Assembly (NCBI RefSeq): GCF_009834535.1
Contig: NC_045696.1
Location: 108,378,001 to 108,442,000 of the forward strand
Direction of reading: 5' to 3'
DNA from: Camelus ferus
Taxonomy: Eukaryota
Length of the DNA stretch: 64,000 nucleotides
Position numbers and translations under genes: made by a program. Under the pieces are notes generated by a model. It did no database searches and was not told the DNA's origin. It saw only the letters and a program-made list of their open reading frames with translations. Below are positions 12,290 through 23,375 of this stretch, piece after piece (positions within the stretch are counted from its first letter, which is position 1; every line of letters starts with the position of its first letter).

Positions 12290-12510
12290 ATACATCCAAA
12301 ACCAAACATTTGTTAATCAATGTCTATATGCAGACCTTTTGATGAAGGGCGTGCAAAGACGTGAATAAGACCTGATCCCATTCTTCAAAGAGATCATCAT
12401 CTGGGCAAGGGAGAGAAAGCTAAGTTAGACAAATAATTTAAATGCTATTTGAAAATTCCATCATTGTGAGTTGAACAAAATAGCTGGGGGACATAGCAGA
12501 AGAAGTAACT
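12290..12510 (-). mobile_element. L2 3' end fragment
   Basis: CCAAACATTTGTTAATCAATGTCTATATGCAGAC...GTGAATAAGACCTGATCCCATTCTTCAAAGAGATCATCATCTGG. Confidence 0.5.
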
Positions 12511-14574
12511 AACTTTGTATACATTTTTTTTTTTGTTCTAAATCAGGATACAGGCAAACTAAAACATTGGCTACAAATGTCCTAAAATAGTCAGTGCCTT
12601 TTTGGGTGAGGGATAAGTGCCTTCTCATATGTGCTTTCTCAAAATTCCTAAAAGTAAAGAAGGTTTCAGAAGATCCTAGCATCCGGACAATTGTCCTGAT
12701 GTTGGTATGAATGGGATGTGTTTTGGTGTGGTTTTGAGATGAAGAGTATCCCAAATTAATAGAAATATTCTGTGAGTTTGAGTGCCTGTACAAAGAAGAG
12801 AAAGCAAGAAAAATCATACAAATGTGATTTCCTTTATGCTTGGGAACTTGTCCGAAGCGTTGCTGAGGCTGGTAGGGAAGGGAGCCCAGAGACAGCCCTG
12901 CATTCTCTGTCTTTAGGACAAGGAGCCTGAGACCTCAACAGGGTCTGGAGCCCCAGAAGCTTTCCCACCCACACCTCTTTCTCTTTCATTTATCTGTAAC
13001 CATGGTTTTTAACTTGATGTCACAGCACAAGGATGTGTGGCCACACCTGTAACAACTAAGTATAACTCATGTGGCCTCCATAATTGTTTCAAAGCTATTT
13101 TTATAACAATACAACTCTTATTCATATTTGAATTTTCTCCTAGTGGCAGAGAAGAGGGTGGGTGTGCAGCTCTGGAAGGTGGAAGGAAATTCTGCATGGC
13201 CTGCCCCCTGTCTTATTCCTATCACTTCTCTCCTACCATGAGGACCATTGCTACTGAGCCACTGACTGTCACCGATCACACAGGGAAGGCTCCGCTGGGT
13301 TTGGATGGTACGGTGACACTGCTTCTCCAGGTGTAAACAGTTGACATCTCAATGATAGTGCTTCAGATCCAGTCAGTCAGGATTCTATAAAAAGAAAGGA
13401 TTAAAAAAAAAACCAAACAAATGTTACGCATTAATTAACTCTACTCCATAGGAGAATAAGTTTGAGGTTTTGTTGGGGTGTAGAGAGACACAGAACAGAG
13501 AGGCGCAGGCTGCTGCGTTTGAACGGGAGCTGTCATTAATTGCTGCTTGACCTAAGGTTCTCCTCCAGGAATCCTTTTAACACTCTTTCCAGCCCCTGCC
13601 TGTCTGGGAACCTCTGGTGCACGTTCCTTCTGGCCTGGCTTTTGCTGGGGGGAGTGGTCTTTGCTTCCTCATTTCTCTCCAAGTCCCTTTAAGAGACAAT
13701 TGACTTCTTGTTTCTGTTCCCTTTGTGGTCAGAGCACAAAGAAAATGAAAGCTCCTGTGGTTCCCAGTCTGGTTTCCTTCTAATCAGGTTGTGGTTACCT
13801 GATGACCGGGGTCACTGCCACCGGCCGGCTGTGCCCTCTGTCCCCTGCCTGGCTCTCTCCACTCGCCTGCCCTGCCTTTTCTGATGAACAGAAGCCGCCC
13901 CCCCCCTCAACCCAAACCCACTAAAGCCTCAGCCTCGGAGCCCACAGTGTGCAGGATGGTACAGTCTTCTTCTGACAGCCCTTTCCTTAAAGAAGCCAAA
14001 CTCTTTTGGCCTTTCCAAAATTTAAAATATATCTTAAATATGCCAGAGCATGTGTTAAACAGAGCTACATAGTAGTTTTTGTATCTCCAAGTTACTAATT
14101 TTTTGGGATCTGCCAACATTTCCATTTTAGGCTTGTGAGATTAAAAAGAATAATTTGAAAATACGTCAACAATTCACACTTTCCATCCAGGCCTTGGATG
14201 CGGATCATGTCGGGGTGGACACCGTGGTTCCCAGGCTACTTCTCTTTTCTTCCCTGGGCTACCACCCTCTGTCCATTCGCTGGAGGGTAGAGGGGGCCCA
14301 GGACACGCTCAGGGCAGTCTGCGTGATTTTAGTTAAGTCCTGGAGTCAGAGAGAACTGAATGTGGGAAGAATACAAAACCACGGAGTGAAATCAGATGTT
14401 ACTTATCATCCATGAGAGAAGTGTGATGGCAGAAAGAGGAAGCTGAGAGGGCAGTTCGGCAGTACCTTTTTAGGGCTGTGCGCGGAAGAAAATGTGCAGC
14501 CCTGGAAAGGGAGAGGCACCCCTGCCCTGTGCTTAGTCCCCCTGTAGGCCCCCATTCATCAGTGCTTTCCCCAT

Positions 14575-14690
14575 CACACACACACCCTCTCACATACATA
14601 AAGCCTTCTCACATCCACTCGCAATCACGTACACAGAGGTACACTCAATCATACACACACACGCACACATACACACACACACACACACAC
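14575..14690. repeat. Degenerate (CA)n microsatellite
   Basis: CA-rich region ending in a near-pure CA run at about 14652-14690. Confidence 0.85.
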
Positions 14691-14709
14691 GAAACTTCTT
14701 GAAGCGTGA

Positions 14710-14830
14710 TTCTTGAGCAGAATGGAGTGGAGAGGACTCCTGGCTGCACATGGCAAAATTTGGTTAGCTGTGTGATCTTGGCAGGCCCTTTACCCCTCGG
14801 GGCCTCGAATTCCCCACCTGGGAAATTAGG
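14710..14830 (+). mobile_element. MIR SINE fragment
   Basis: TTAGCTGTGTGATCTTGGCAGGCCCTTTACCCCTCGGGGCCTCGAATTCCCCACCTGGGAAATTAGGG. Confidence 0.5.
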
Positions 14831-15158
14831 GGCGGGGACCACATGATGCTGGGGCTTGCTCCCAGTCCCAGAGCAGGCAGAGGAGAACGGCTCTTCCTCA
14901 AGACGTGCCTCCGCTGCTCGTGCACTGAGGGCTTCTCAGCATCCGAAGAAGATGCTGAAATGATTAATGAGGAAACAGAAATGAATCCGGCTCAGCCTTC
15001 CAAGTTAACAATTTTGTAACCTGCTGAGCTGGTCTGGCACCTTCAGACCTATTATTCAGGTTGGCTTTTTGTTGGTCTTTTCCAGGTGTCCGAATAATTC
15101 CCCTTGACAAGGCGCCCGTCCCCCCTATTTCCACCGCCTGGCCAGTGTGAGTGGCGCT

Positions 15159-15225
15159 GGAGGCTGCTCGGAGATGAGGAGGCTGCTCGGAGATGAGGAG
15201 GCTGCCCGGAGATGAGGAGGCTGCC
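15159..15225. repeat. 19-bp minisatellite, 3.5 copies
   Basis: Unit GGAGGCTGCTCGGAGATGA at 15159, 15178 and 15197 (one T>C), with a partial copy at 15216. Confidence 0.95.
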
Positions 15226-15941
15226 ATCCTTGCGGCAAACACCGGAGAAGTGAGGCTCCTTGGGGCACAGCCCTTAAAGGGAGAGCTCACCAGTGCTTGC
15301 TTCTCAGCAGCCTCTTGAAAGGCCCAAGATGCACACAGCCAGGCCCTTTTCCCCATCACTTTGCCACAGGCGATGCATGTTCACACATTTTAATCACTTC
15401 ATTTGGTTCTTCCAAGAGCTCTAAAAAAAAGAGGGTTCAAATATTCTTCTTGTAATTTTTGATAAAAGGTTAAGTGACGTGCCTTCTGGTCACAGCTAAT
15501 GAGGAGCAGAGGTGAGCCGCACGTGGCTGCTTCTGACTGACAGACTGAGGACCCTCCCCGGAGTTTTTTTTAATCATCTCTTAAGAACATGGATTTTTGG
15601 GACTCACTCACCCCGTGGCAAAGGGGCGCACGGCTTCAGGATGGGGGATAGGAATCTAGCTGGTCAACTGGAGCCCCAGGGGATTCTGACAAATCCCAGG
15701 TCTAGGGGGCCCAGGTGTATGTAATCCAGAGGATGGGTCAGGCTTGGTGTGGTTAAGAAGCTGGGAGGGATGGGAAGCACATTGTTTTTGTGCTAGATTC
15801 ACCCTCTACTCACTCCCAGTCTCCATCTCTTCACTTGATCACGAGGGAAAGGAAACATGGACTATCCCTTCCCCCTAAACACACATGGCACTAGCTAAGA
15901 AGGTACTGTCTGGGAAAGCGCTCATCACGCACATGACGGGT

Positions 15942-16365
15942 TGTGTTGGTTAGTTTTCAGGGTGATAACAAACAGCCCCAGTTTGTCAGGGGCTTACAAC
16001 CATCAACCACTCTTCTCTTCCTGACTTTCTTTACATGAGGGGCTACAGGTTGGGGTAGCTCAGCTGGCCTCTGCTGGATTAGACTGAGCTGGGCTCCCCA
16101 TGCAGATTGAAGGGGCGGCCACTTTCTCAGACAGGCTGTTCTCGGGGTGGAGGGTCGGAACGAAAAGACTAGAGCCAAATCCCCGGAGTATATTTAAAAC
16201 TTCAGCTCATACATGGCCTCCATCACATCCACTCTCTCATTTCATTAGCAAGTCTCTTGGCCAACCCTAAAATCACTGGAGTGGGGAATTATACACTCCG
16301 CCGGCAGGGGACCATAGCCTGGGTGGAGGGGGAGTGAACAGCTGTCAACACATAGTACAGTTCAG
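15942..16365 (-). mobile_element. MaLR LTR (old MLT1 subfamily, J/K-like)
   Basis: TGTGTTGGTTAGTTTTCAGGGTGATAACAAACAGCCCCAG...GGCTTACAAC...CATCACATCCACTCTCTCATTTCATTAGC...GGCCAACCCTAAAATCACTGGAGTGGGGAATTATACACTCC. Confidence 0.65.
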
Positions 16366-17429
16366 CAGAGGGGTGTTATTATCCTGCCCACGGTTACAGA
16401 ACTCATGAGCCTCAACTCCAGCGGTTGAATCAAGCTCTCCATTGTCTGGCTAGGTGACTGTCTTTTAGTTTGAGTGGCCTCAGTTCCACTCTGGCACTTT
16501 TGTGGCTGCCTCTGTCTCTGTGTCTCCTGCAGACCCTTCTTCTCTTCTATTTTCTGCCCCAGCAGAGCTCAAGTCTTAGAGGCAAGGCTCTCACCTCCAG
16601 GGACCATGCGATATAAATGCAAACAAAGAGAGGAGGCTGGAAATCTCAGTGGCATCCTTGAGGGCCTGGCATGCCTGTCCCTCTGTGTGGCCCTGGCAAA
16701 GCCCTCGCACTTCTCTCCTGCAAGAAGGACCCCTGCAAGGAGAGACCACAGACAGGAGAAAGGGGGCCAGCATTCAGTACCCCACAGAGAAACCAGTGTA
16801 AGTAAGGGAACTTGCAGGATTCCAGAAACTTGGAAGGATTTCCGTGAAAAAGAGAAAAATGTTGTTAGCATGAGTTCTGCCTACTGTTTTGGGGACACAG
16901 TCCCCCAGGATGAGGAGGAGGCCCCATGGCTGGGACCCCCAACACACATGGTGACTGAAGGAGGCCTGAGCTGGCCCAGGTCCAGAGCACAGTGAGAGAT
17001 CATGGTTGGAGGCTCAGTATTCTGTAACCAGCCTCACCCTTTAGTGGGCTTTATGATCCCTTTACTGGTCTCCATCATCACTGGGCTGTTGTGGCTGAAC
17101 AAACCTCTATCCTTTACCCATTATTACCATTCCAAGGACACATATTGAGTGCTTCCTGTGGGCTGAGCCCATCTCTGAGAATATGGTGATGCACAAGCCC
17201 CTGAAGAGCTCACAGCCTGCAGCACAAGGTAGATGCATGAACCCAACCCTATACATCAGCAGAGGCCCATCAGAGATGCATGAGCATCGTCCAGGCTGGT
17301 GCAGACAAGAAGTTCACTTCCCCAGCTGCCTTGTTGTCTTTTCAATAATAAGAAGAACAGGGATATCTGGACCCCTTGGATCCCTTTGTTTTGTTCTCTC
17401 CCTATACACAACCCTTATGATAACACACA

Positions 17430-17600
17430 GGGCAGTGGAGCAAAATGAGAGACAGACAGTCCTGGAATTCCAATCCTGGCCCTGCCACTGTGTGGTCCCA
17501 CATGAGTAATTTAACTTTGCTGAGCCTCATTTCATCAATGGTAAAATCAGGACAGTAATACCTTCCTTTCAGGAGTCTTGTGAGGATTAGAGCCAAGATA
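17430..17600 (+). mobile_element. MIR SINE
   Basis: CCTGGAATTCCAATCCTGGCCCTGCCACT...TTTAACTTTGCTGAGCCTCATTTCATCAATGGTAAAATCAGGACAGTAATACC...TTGTGAGGATTA. Confidence 0.7.
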
Positions 17601-17709
17601 CTCGCATTGCCTAGTCTGGTCTCCGGATGCTCTTTGGATAGTACCTGCTTTCACAATGCTGTATATTCTAAAACTGATCACTTCTCATAACCTCATGGCA
17701 CCATCCTTT

Positions 17710-17890
17710 GCTAGGTATGGGAATATTAGCTGCTGCAACAAACATACCTCTTGATTTCAGTCATTTGATACAATAAAAGCTTATTTCCTTCTCATATTAC
17801 ATGTATATTTCATTGGCAAAAAAGTCAATGGCAGTCTTAATGGCAAAGGAGGCTGTGAAATGCAATCTCCTTGTTGTGAACCAAGGAAGG
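17710..17890 (-). mobile_element. Internally deleted MLT1 LTR fragment
   Basis: TAGCTGCTGCAACAAACATACCTCTTGATTTCAGTC...AATAAAAGCTTATTTCCTTCTC...GCAAAGGAGGCTGTGAAATGCAATCT. Confidence 0.5.
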
Positions 17891-17929
17891 AAAAGGTCCA
17901 GGTGGCCTGTGCTGCACTCTGTCTCTCCA

Positions 17930-18275
17930 TCAGACCCCTGCAAATTTCCCCCTGAGCCTATTCTTACCTCAGTATAGGCTGTCTCCCCTCAATAGCCAGG
18001 GGGCTCTTTTTAAAGTGTGAACTATGTCATATGTTCCCATGCAAAACCCTTCAAATGCAGACTCCTAGCGTGGCCTCTCTGTCTGGTCTCACCTCCTATT
18101 GCTCTGCCTTTCACTGCACTCCAGCCCCACAGGTCTTTCTGTCCCTGGAACATGCTGGAGTTACAGCTACCTCAGAGCCTTTGCACTTGTCCCCTTGGCC
18201 CATGACAAACTTTCCACCTCTTCTTTCGTTCAGTTCTCTGCCTCCTTAGAGAAGCCTTGTTTGACCACCCAACTA
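17930..18275 (+). mobile_element. L2 LINE fragment
   Basis: Pyrimidine-rich sense L2 words CACTGCACTCCAGCCCCACAGGTCTTTCTGTCCCTGGAACATGC...CCTCAGAGCCTTTGCACTTG. Confidence 0.65.
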
Positions 18276-19020
18276 CCCCTCATTAAAAAAAAAATTACAT
18301 TGGGTTAATTAATGGATAATTGTTGAATACTTGGATAAATTCTATATAAAATAAAATACTTGAAATATTGGTCACCAAAAAACTTACATTAGGAAATATT
18401 AAAAACAAAAAAAGTTATAGGAAATTATAGGATGATACCACCATCCAGCGTTATCAAAGCTTAATTGTTATAGAAGCTTATTAAAATGACGATCTCTATG
18501 GCTCAGGTTTGACCCAAACACCAATGCGGTAAGTCCAAATAGCTTCATATTGTAAAGTGAGGTGACGGCATTAGCTGGTCGCCCACCTCCAGCCTCTGGA
18601 ATATGATGATGGTGGGGAGGTCGGAAGGGAGAATTTCTTTGGAGGGAGTGGCTGGAGTGTGTGGCATGTCCCACCACTGTCTGTGAAAGGAAATGAAGTG
18701 TTTTTCTCTCCCTCTAATCTCAGAGATGGGGCATTAGATGAACCACTCGAAGAGCTTGTCCTATGTCCCTGAGAGTAGGGGAAACCCAGGCACTGGAGGA
18801 GCCTGAAGAGAAGGACCAACTGAGAGCTGAGAACTGCGCAGTGGAGAGAGAGCTCCAGAGTCAGCTGCTGGCAAAGAGATGACGGGGTAAGGTGAGATTC
18901 TCCCAGTCGGAGGCTGGTCTGAAGAAGGGAGCAGATGTGGGTGCCGCTCAAGAGGGCCACTGTTCTTAGAAACAATGAACAGACATATATGTGAATTTTA
19001 AAATGTTTTTTTAAGAAAGG

Positions 19021-19259
19021 AATCTCCTGATCAGCACTCATTAGGCAATCTGCCCGAAAGCCCCCTGCCATCCCCTAAAGGAAAGTAACTTTGCAATAAC
19101 CAAGCTGCTTTTTGCCTAGTATAATGTCCTTGTGCCTTCTCCCTTCTGCCTATAAAATTTTCCATTTTATACGGCTCCTTGGAGCTCCTTTTTATCTGCT
19201 AGATTGGATGCTGCTTGATTCAAATTGATATTTGATCAAATAAACTTTTAAATTAAAAA
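19021..19259 (+). mobile_element. ERV1-class LTR fragment (MER34-like U3/R part)
   Basis: TATAAAA at 19151, then CGGCTCCTTGGAGCTCCTTTTTATCTGCTAGATTGGATGCTGC, then AATAAA at 19239. No U5 or terminal CA is visible. Confidence 0.6.
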
Positions 19260-19280
19260 GAGAGAGAGAGAGAGAGAGAG
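19260..19280. repeat. (GA)n microsatellite
   Basis: Pure GA run. Confidence 0.9.
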
Positions 19281-19689
19281 CCACTGTGGAGCCTCATGTT
19301 TCCTGGCAATGAGCTGGCTGGGATGAAGGCTTCCCACAGGGCTGGGGGCATCACTTCCTCCTCTGCTGAATCTGACTCCCGTCTGGGTGGTGGAGTGCTG
19401 GAAACTGGCCTTCTCAGACAACTCTCTGCGCAGCCAGGAACCTGGATGGCTTAGCACCTGGGGTTAGACTGCTTATTACTCACAGACAAGGCTGTTCTCA
19501 GGTGCACACCTTAAAAGATTGAGTAGCAGAGTGGCAGGCTCTCTGCACTAGAGCATGCCCTCTGTGTCCACAGCTGGTCCCCACACATGTCCCTGCAAGA
19601 TGCTGAGAAAATGGGGGACCCAGGCACTGGCTGGCGCTTCTGCTCATGAGTTCCACCCCAGCGGCAGTGGGTTATTGTTCAGTGCATAG

Positions 19690-20551
19690 CATACATTTCT
19701 TTTCCCCAGCCCCCACCCCACACTTCACCTTGGGAGGCAGATACTTATCCAACCCATTAACACTGGACCTTGCCAAATGACTAGCTTTGGATGACAGAAT
19801 GTGAGCAGACATCTCACTGTGCCAGTTCTAAACAAAGCCTTTTAGAGAGATTCTCAGGCTGTTTTTTCCGCCGTAAGAACATTATATTCTGATTATGGGG
19901 GCACCCTGCAGTCTGGGTCCTAGAATGAAGAGACATGGGACACAGCCACAGGGCATGACCACAGCCATTATCGTACAACTCGAGAAATATACGAATAGTT
20001 ATGGTTGTAAGTGCCAACTAAAAACTGTTGCTCGCCATCTGGTCCTACAAGGATGAAGTCATGAGCCACTGCAGTTTCGGACCTTCAGCACACCCTGAAA
20101 GGAGTCTAGGGCGGAGATCAGGAATGAGGCCCTCTGTGCTCTGGGAAAGCCAGCAGAACAGGCCTTCAGATAGTTAGATATTTTCAGGAGAAGATTTTAT
20201 GAGCCTAATTTCTTGCATTTTTGCTTTTCTAGAAAAGCACTAAAATAATTAACGGAGACATCTGCTCCTGGAGACGAGCAGCAACTCTCTGCCAAAATGT
20301 GTGCTTGACTGCAAGTATACCCCCTTCACCAAAACCACATGTACACTGACCTCCCTCTCTTCCTGTTCAGAGCAGCTCCTCAGAACTATCTGAGAGGTTG
20401 TTTCCCAGGCCGTAGTTCTCCTTTGGCCCCAAATAAAATTTTACTCATAGCTAGCTCTCACATTGTGCGATTTCTCTCACTCGACATAAGCCTCTGAGAT
20501 TCTAAGGTTCTGTGTTTCACAAATTCATTGTAGCAAAAGATGACTGATATC
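19690..20551 (+). mobile_element. Old MLT1 (I/J-like) LTR, split by a younger solo LTR
   Basis: ATGACTAGCTTTGGATGACAGAATGTGAGCAGAC...GCAGTCTGGGTCCTAGAATGAAGAGACATGG...GTTGTAAG, then the insert, then CCTCTGAGATTCT...CATTGTAGCAAAAGATGACTGATA. Confidence 0.65.
20012..20486 (+). mobile_element. Intact solo ERV LTR (ERV1 class), 475 bp
   Basis: TG...CA termini, a perfect 4-bp TSD TAAG (20008-20011 and 20487-20490) and AATAAA at 20432. It splits an MLT1 precisely. Confidence 0.85.
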
Positions 20552-20644
20552 AGCCTCCTCCAAATGACACTTGATGTTCACCTGAGCCCTGTGCATGATC
20601 TGTGGTGCACAGGGTAAGGGCATAAGGAACTGGCATATGGAAAA

Positions 20645-20836
20645 TGGATATGAACCCAATGTTTGTCTCCCTTCAAAATTCGTATGTTGAACCTCTTCCC
20701 AACGTGAGGATGTTTGGAAGTGAGGCCTTTTGGTGGTCATAGATTTAGAAGAGATCATGAGGGTGGGGCCCCTTTGATGGCATTAGTGCCCTTTGAAGAA
20801 GAGGAATGGATTTCCCTCTCTCAATCTCTCCCCCGC

Positions 20837-20867
<31 letters not shown>

Positions 20868-22873
20868 ATGTACACACACTAAGGAAAACCTATGTGAGCA
20901 CAGAGAAGGTAGCTATTTTATAAGCCAGGAAGCAAGCTCTCATCAGAAGTCAGTTATGCTGACACCTTCATCTTGGACTTCCTAGACTCCACACTGAGAA
21001 ATAAACATCTGTAGTGCTTTCTACGCCACCCAGTTTGTGGTATTTTGCTATAGCAGCCCAAGCAGATTAAGACAATGCTTGGACTGAGAAATGGGGTGCT
21101 GCTGTAGCAGATTCCCTGCAATGTGGAAGCAGCTTTGGAAATGGGTAATGGGTAGAAATGGGAAGGGCTTTGAGGTACATGCTAGAAAAATCCAATATTG
21201 TCAGGAAGGGATTTTAAAGGTGACTCTGGTAAGACCTCAGAAAGAGAAGAGGAGAGCTGTACAGAAAGCATCCATCTTCTTAGAAAATACGTAAGCAATC
21301 ATGTACAGAATGTTGAAAAAATATAGACAACAAGGGTCAGTCCTGATGAGGTCTCAAACAGAAACGAGGAACATGTTATTGAACAATGGGGAAAAGGTAA
21401 TCCTTATTAGTAAAGGGGGGGGGGGAACTTGGCTGAATTGTGTTTGTGTTCTAGTGTTTTGTGGAAGGTAGAATTTGTGAGCAATGAAATTGAATATTAA
21501 GCTGAGGAGATTTCTAAACAAAGTGTTGAAGGAGAGGCTTGGTTCCTCCCGACTGCTTACAGTAAAATGCAAGAAGAGAGAAATGAATTGAAGAAGGGAT
21601 TGTTAAACAAAAAGGAACCAGAATGTAAATTTGGAAAATTCTCAGCCTATCCATATTCAAAACAAAGCAAAGCAAAGCAAAACAAAAATGAGAAATCCCA
21701 TTTGGAAGAGAAGTCTAAGTGTGTGGCTAACCAGTAAGGAGATTAGTGTGGGTGTGAACCAATGACCTAATCAGCCATTTCAGTGGAAGCCAGGACTAGA
21801 GATGGAATTATACCCACAGAAATACTGCAAGCTGGGACTAAAAGAAACAGGGACAATAGGACAGGAGGAACAAATCCTGCCAACATGTGCTATTTTTCAA
21901 GAAAAGGGAAAAAAATGACACCCAAGGTGATTCGGTGATAGTCAGCTGCTGCCATTCCTGCCACTGGTGGGGGTTGGGAGGTAGCTCCTCCTTGGTTTAA
22001 GAGGGTGGGGCTACCTCTCTGGTTTGGAGGGTCAGTACCTCAGGGGCAGAGCCTTCCCAGAGAGCCATGTGTGCAGCAGCCCACAGAGCTGAAGAGGCAG
22101 GACCAACTTGCCAAGCTGTGGGGGTGATGCTGTCACCCCTGTGAGCCTGGAGGGCAGAGCGTCAGACCAAAGAGGATTATGCTCGAGCCATGAGATCTCA
22201 TGGAATTTGTCTTGCTAAGTTTAGGACTTGTCTAGGACACATCATTCCCTTTCTCCTTCCAATTTTTCCTCTTGGAATAAGAGTGCCTATCCTATGCCTG
22301 TCTCACCATTGTAATTTGGAAACACATAACTGATCTGGTTTTGCTAGAGAAGAATTTTGCCTCAGGATGAAGTGTACCTCAAGTCACACCCATATCTGAT
22401 TTTGATGATATTTAGTTGGGACTTTGGACTGTAGACTTTGGAGCTGATGCTGGAATGAGTTAAGACTTTTGATGGAAGAAATGTATTTTGCATTCAAGAG
22501 AGACATGTGTTTGGGAAGACCTGGAGCAAAATGTTATGGATTGAATGTTTATATCTCTCCCAAATTCATATGTTGAAGCCCTACCGCCAATGTTATGATA
22601 TTAGTCGGTGAGGGCTTTGGTGGGTAATCCAGTTTAGATGAAGCCATGACGGTGGGGTCCTTATGATGGTATTTGTGCCCTTCATAAGAAGAAACCAGAG
22701 AGCTACCTCTCTCTGTCTCCACCATGTGTGGACATTGCAAGAGGATGATAATCTGCCCATCAGGAACTGAATTGGCCAATTCCCAGATTGTGGGAATTCC
22801 AAGCCTTCAGAACTGTGTTGTTAAATCTTCTCATTTTATCATATTTTGATAGCAGCCTAAAAAGACCAAGACA
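20645..22873 (+). mobile_element. Full-structure MaLR element (MLT1A-like LTR, internal region, LTR)
   Basis: The 5' LTR (about 20645-21074) has AATGTTTGTCTCCCTTCAAAATTCGTATGTTGAA and ends GATTAAGACA. The internal region starts ...GAGAAATGGGGTGCTGCTGTA...AATGTGGAAGCAGCTTTGGAA. The 3' LTR (22532-22873) runs TGTTATGGATTGAATGTTT...GACCAAGACA. Confidence 0.85.
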
Positions 22874-22989
22874 TAACCTAAGAGCCAGATGAGGAAGCAC
22901 ATTTTAGTTATAGATTTTTCTATAAATTTGCTTTATCAGATAGAAGAAGTTCCCTTCATTTTGGAGTGTTCTGAGAGTGTTAACAAGAA

Positions 22990-23375
22990 TAGGAAAATAA
23001 ATAAACAAAATGTGCTATACTCACAAAATAGAATACTACTTAGCAATTTTTTAAGAAGTTACTAATACACACAAACATAAATAATTCTCGAAAACATATT
23101 GAGGAAAAGAAGACAGACACAAAAAAGTACCTACTGTACAATCTTATTTTTACATAGCTTAAGAACAGCCAAAACTAATTTATAGTAATAGAAATTGAAT
23201 AGTGGTTGCATCCGGGTGTGGGGATTGACTGGAAAGGAGCATGAAGAAAACTTCTGGAATAATGAATATGTTCTACATTTTGTTCTGGATGTTGGCTGCA
23301 TGGATATAAAAATATGTCAAATTTTATTAGTAAACTATAATTTGTATATATGTTTGTAATTTTATTATAATGTGC
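22990..23375 (+). mobile_element. Old L1 (L1MC/ME-like) 3' end
   Basis: ATAAACAAAATGTGCTATACTCACAAAATAGAATACTACTTAGCAAT...AAAAGAAGACAGACACAAAAAAGTAC...GGGATTGACTGGAAAGGAGCATGAAGAAAACTTCTGG. Confidence 0.75.

Noticed and set aside
15159..15225. CRISPR-like array
   Set aside because: The units are contiguous with no spacers and the context is eukaryotic. It is a minisatellite.
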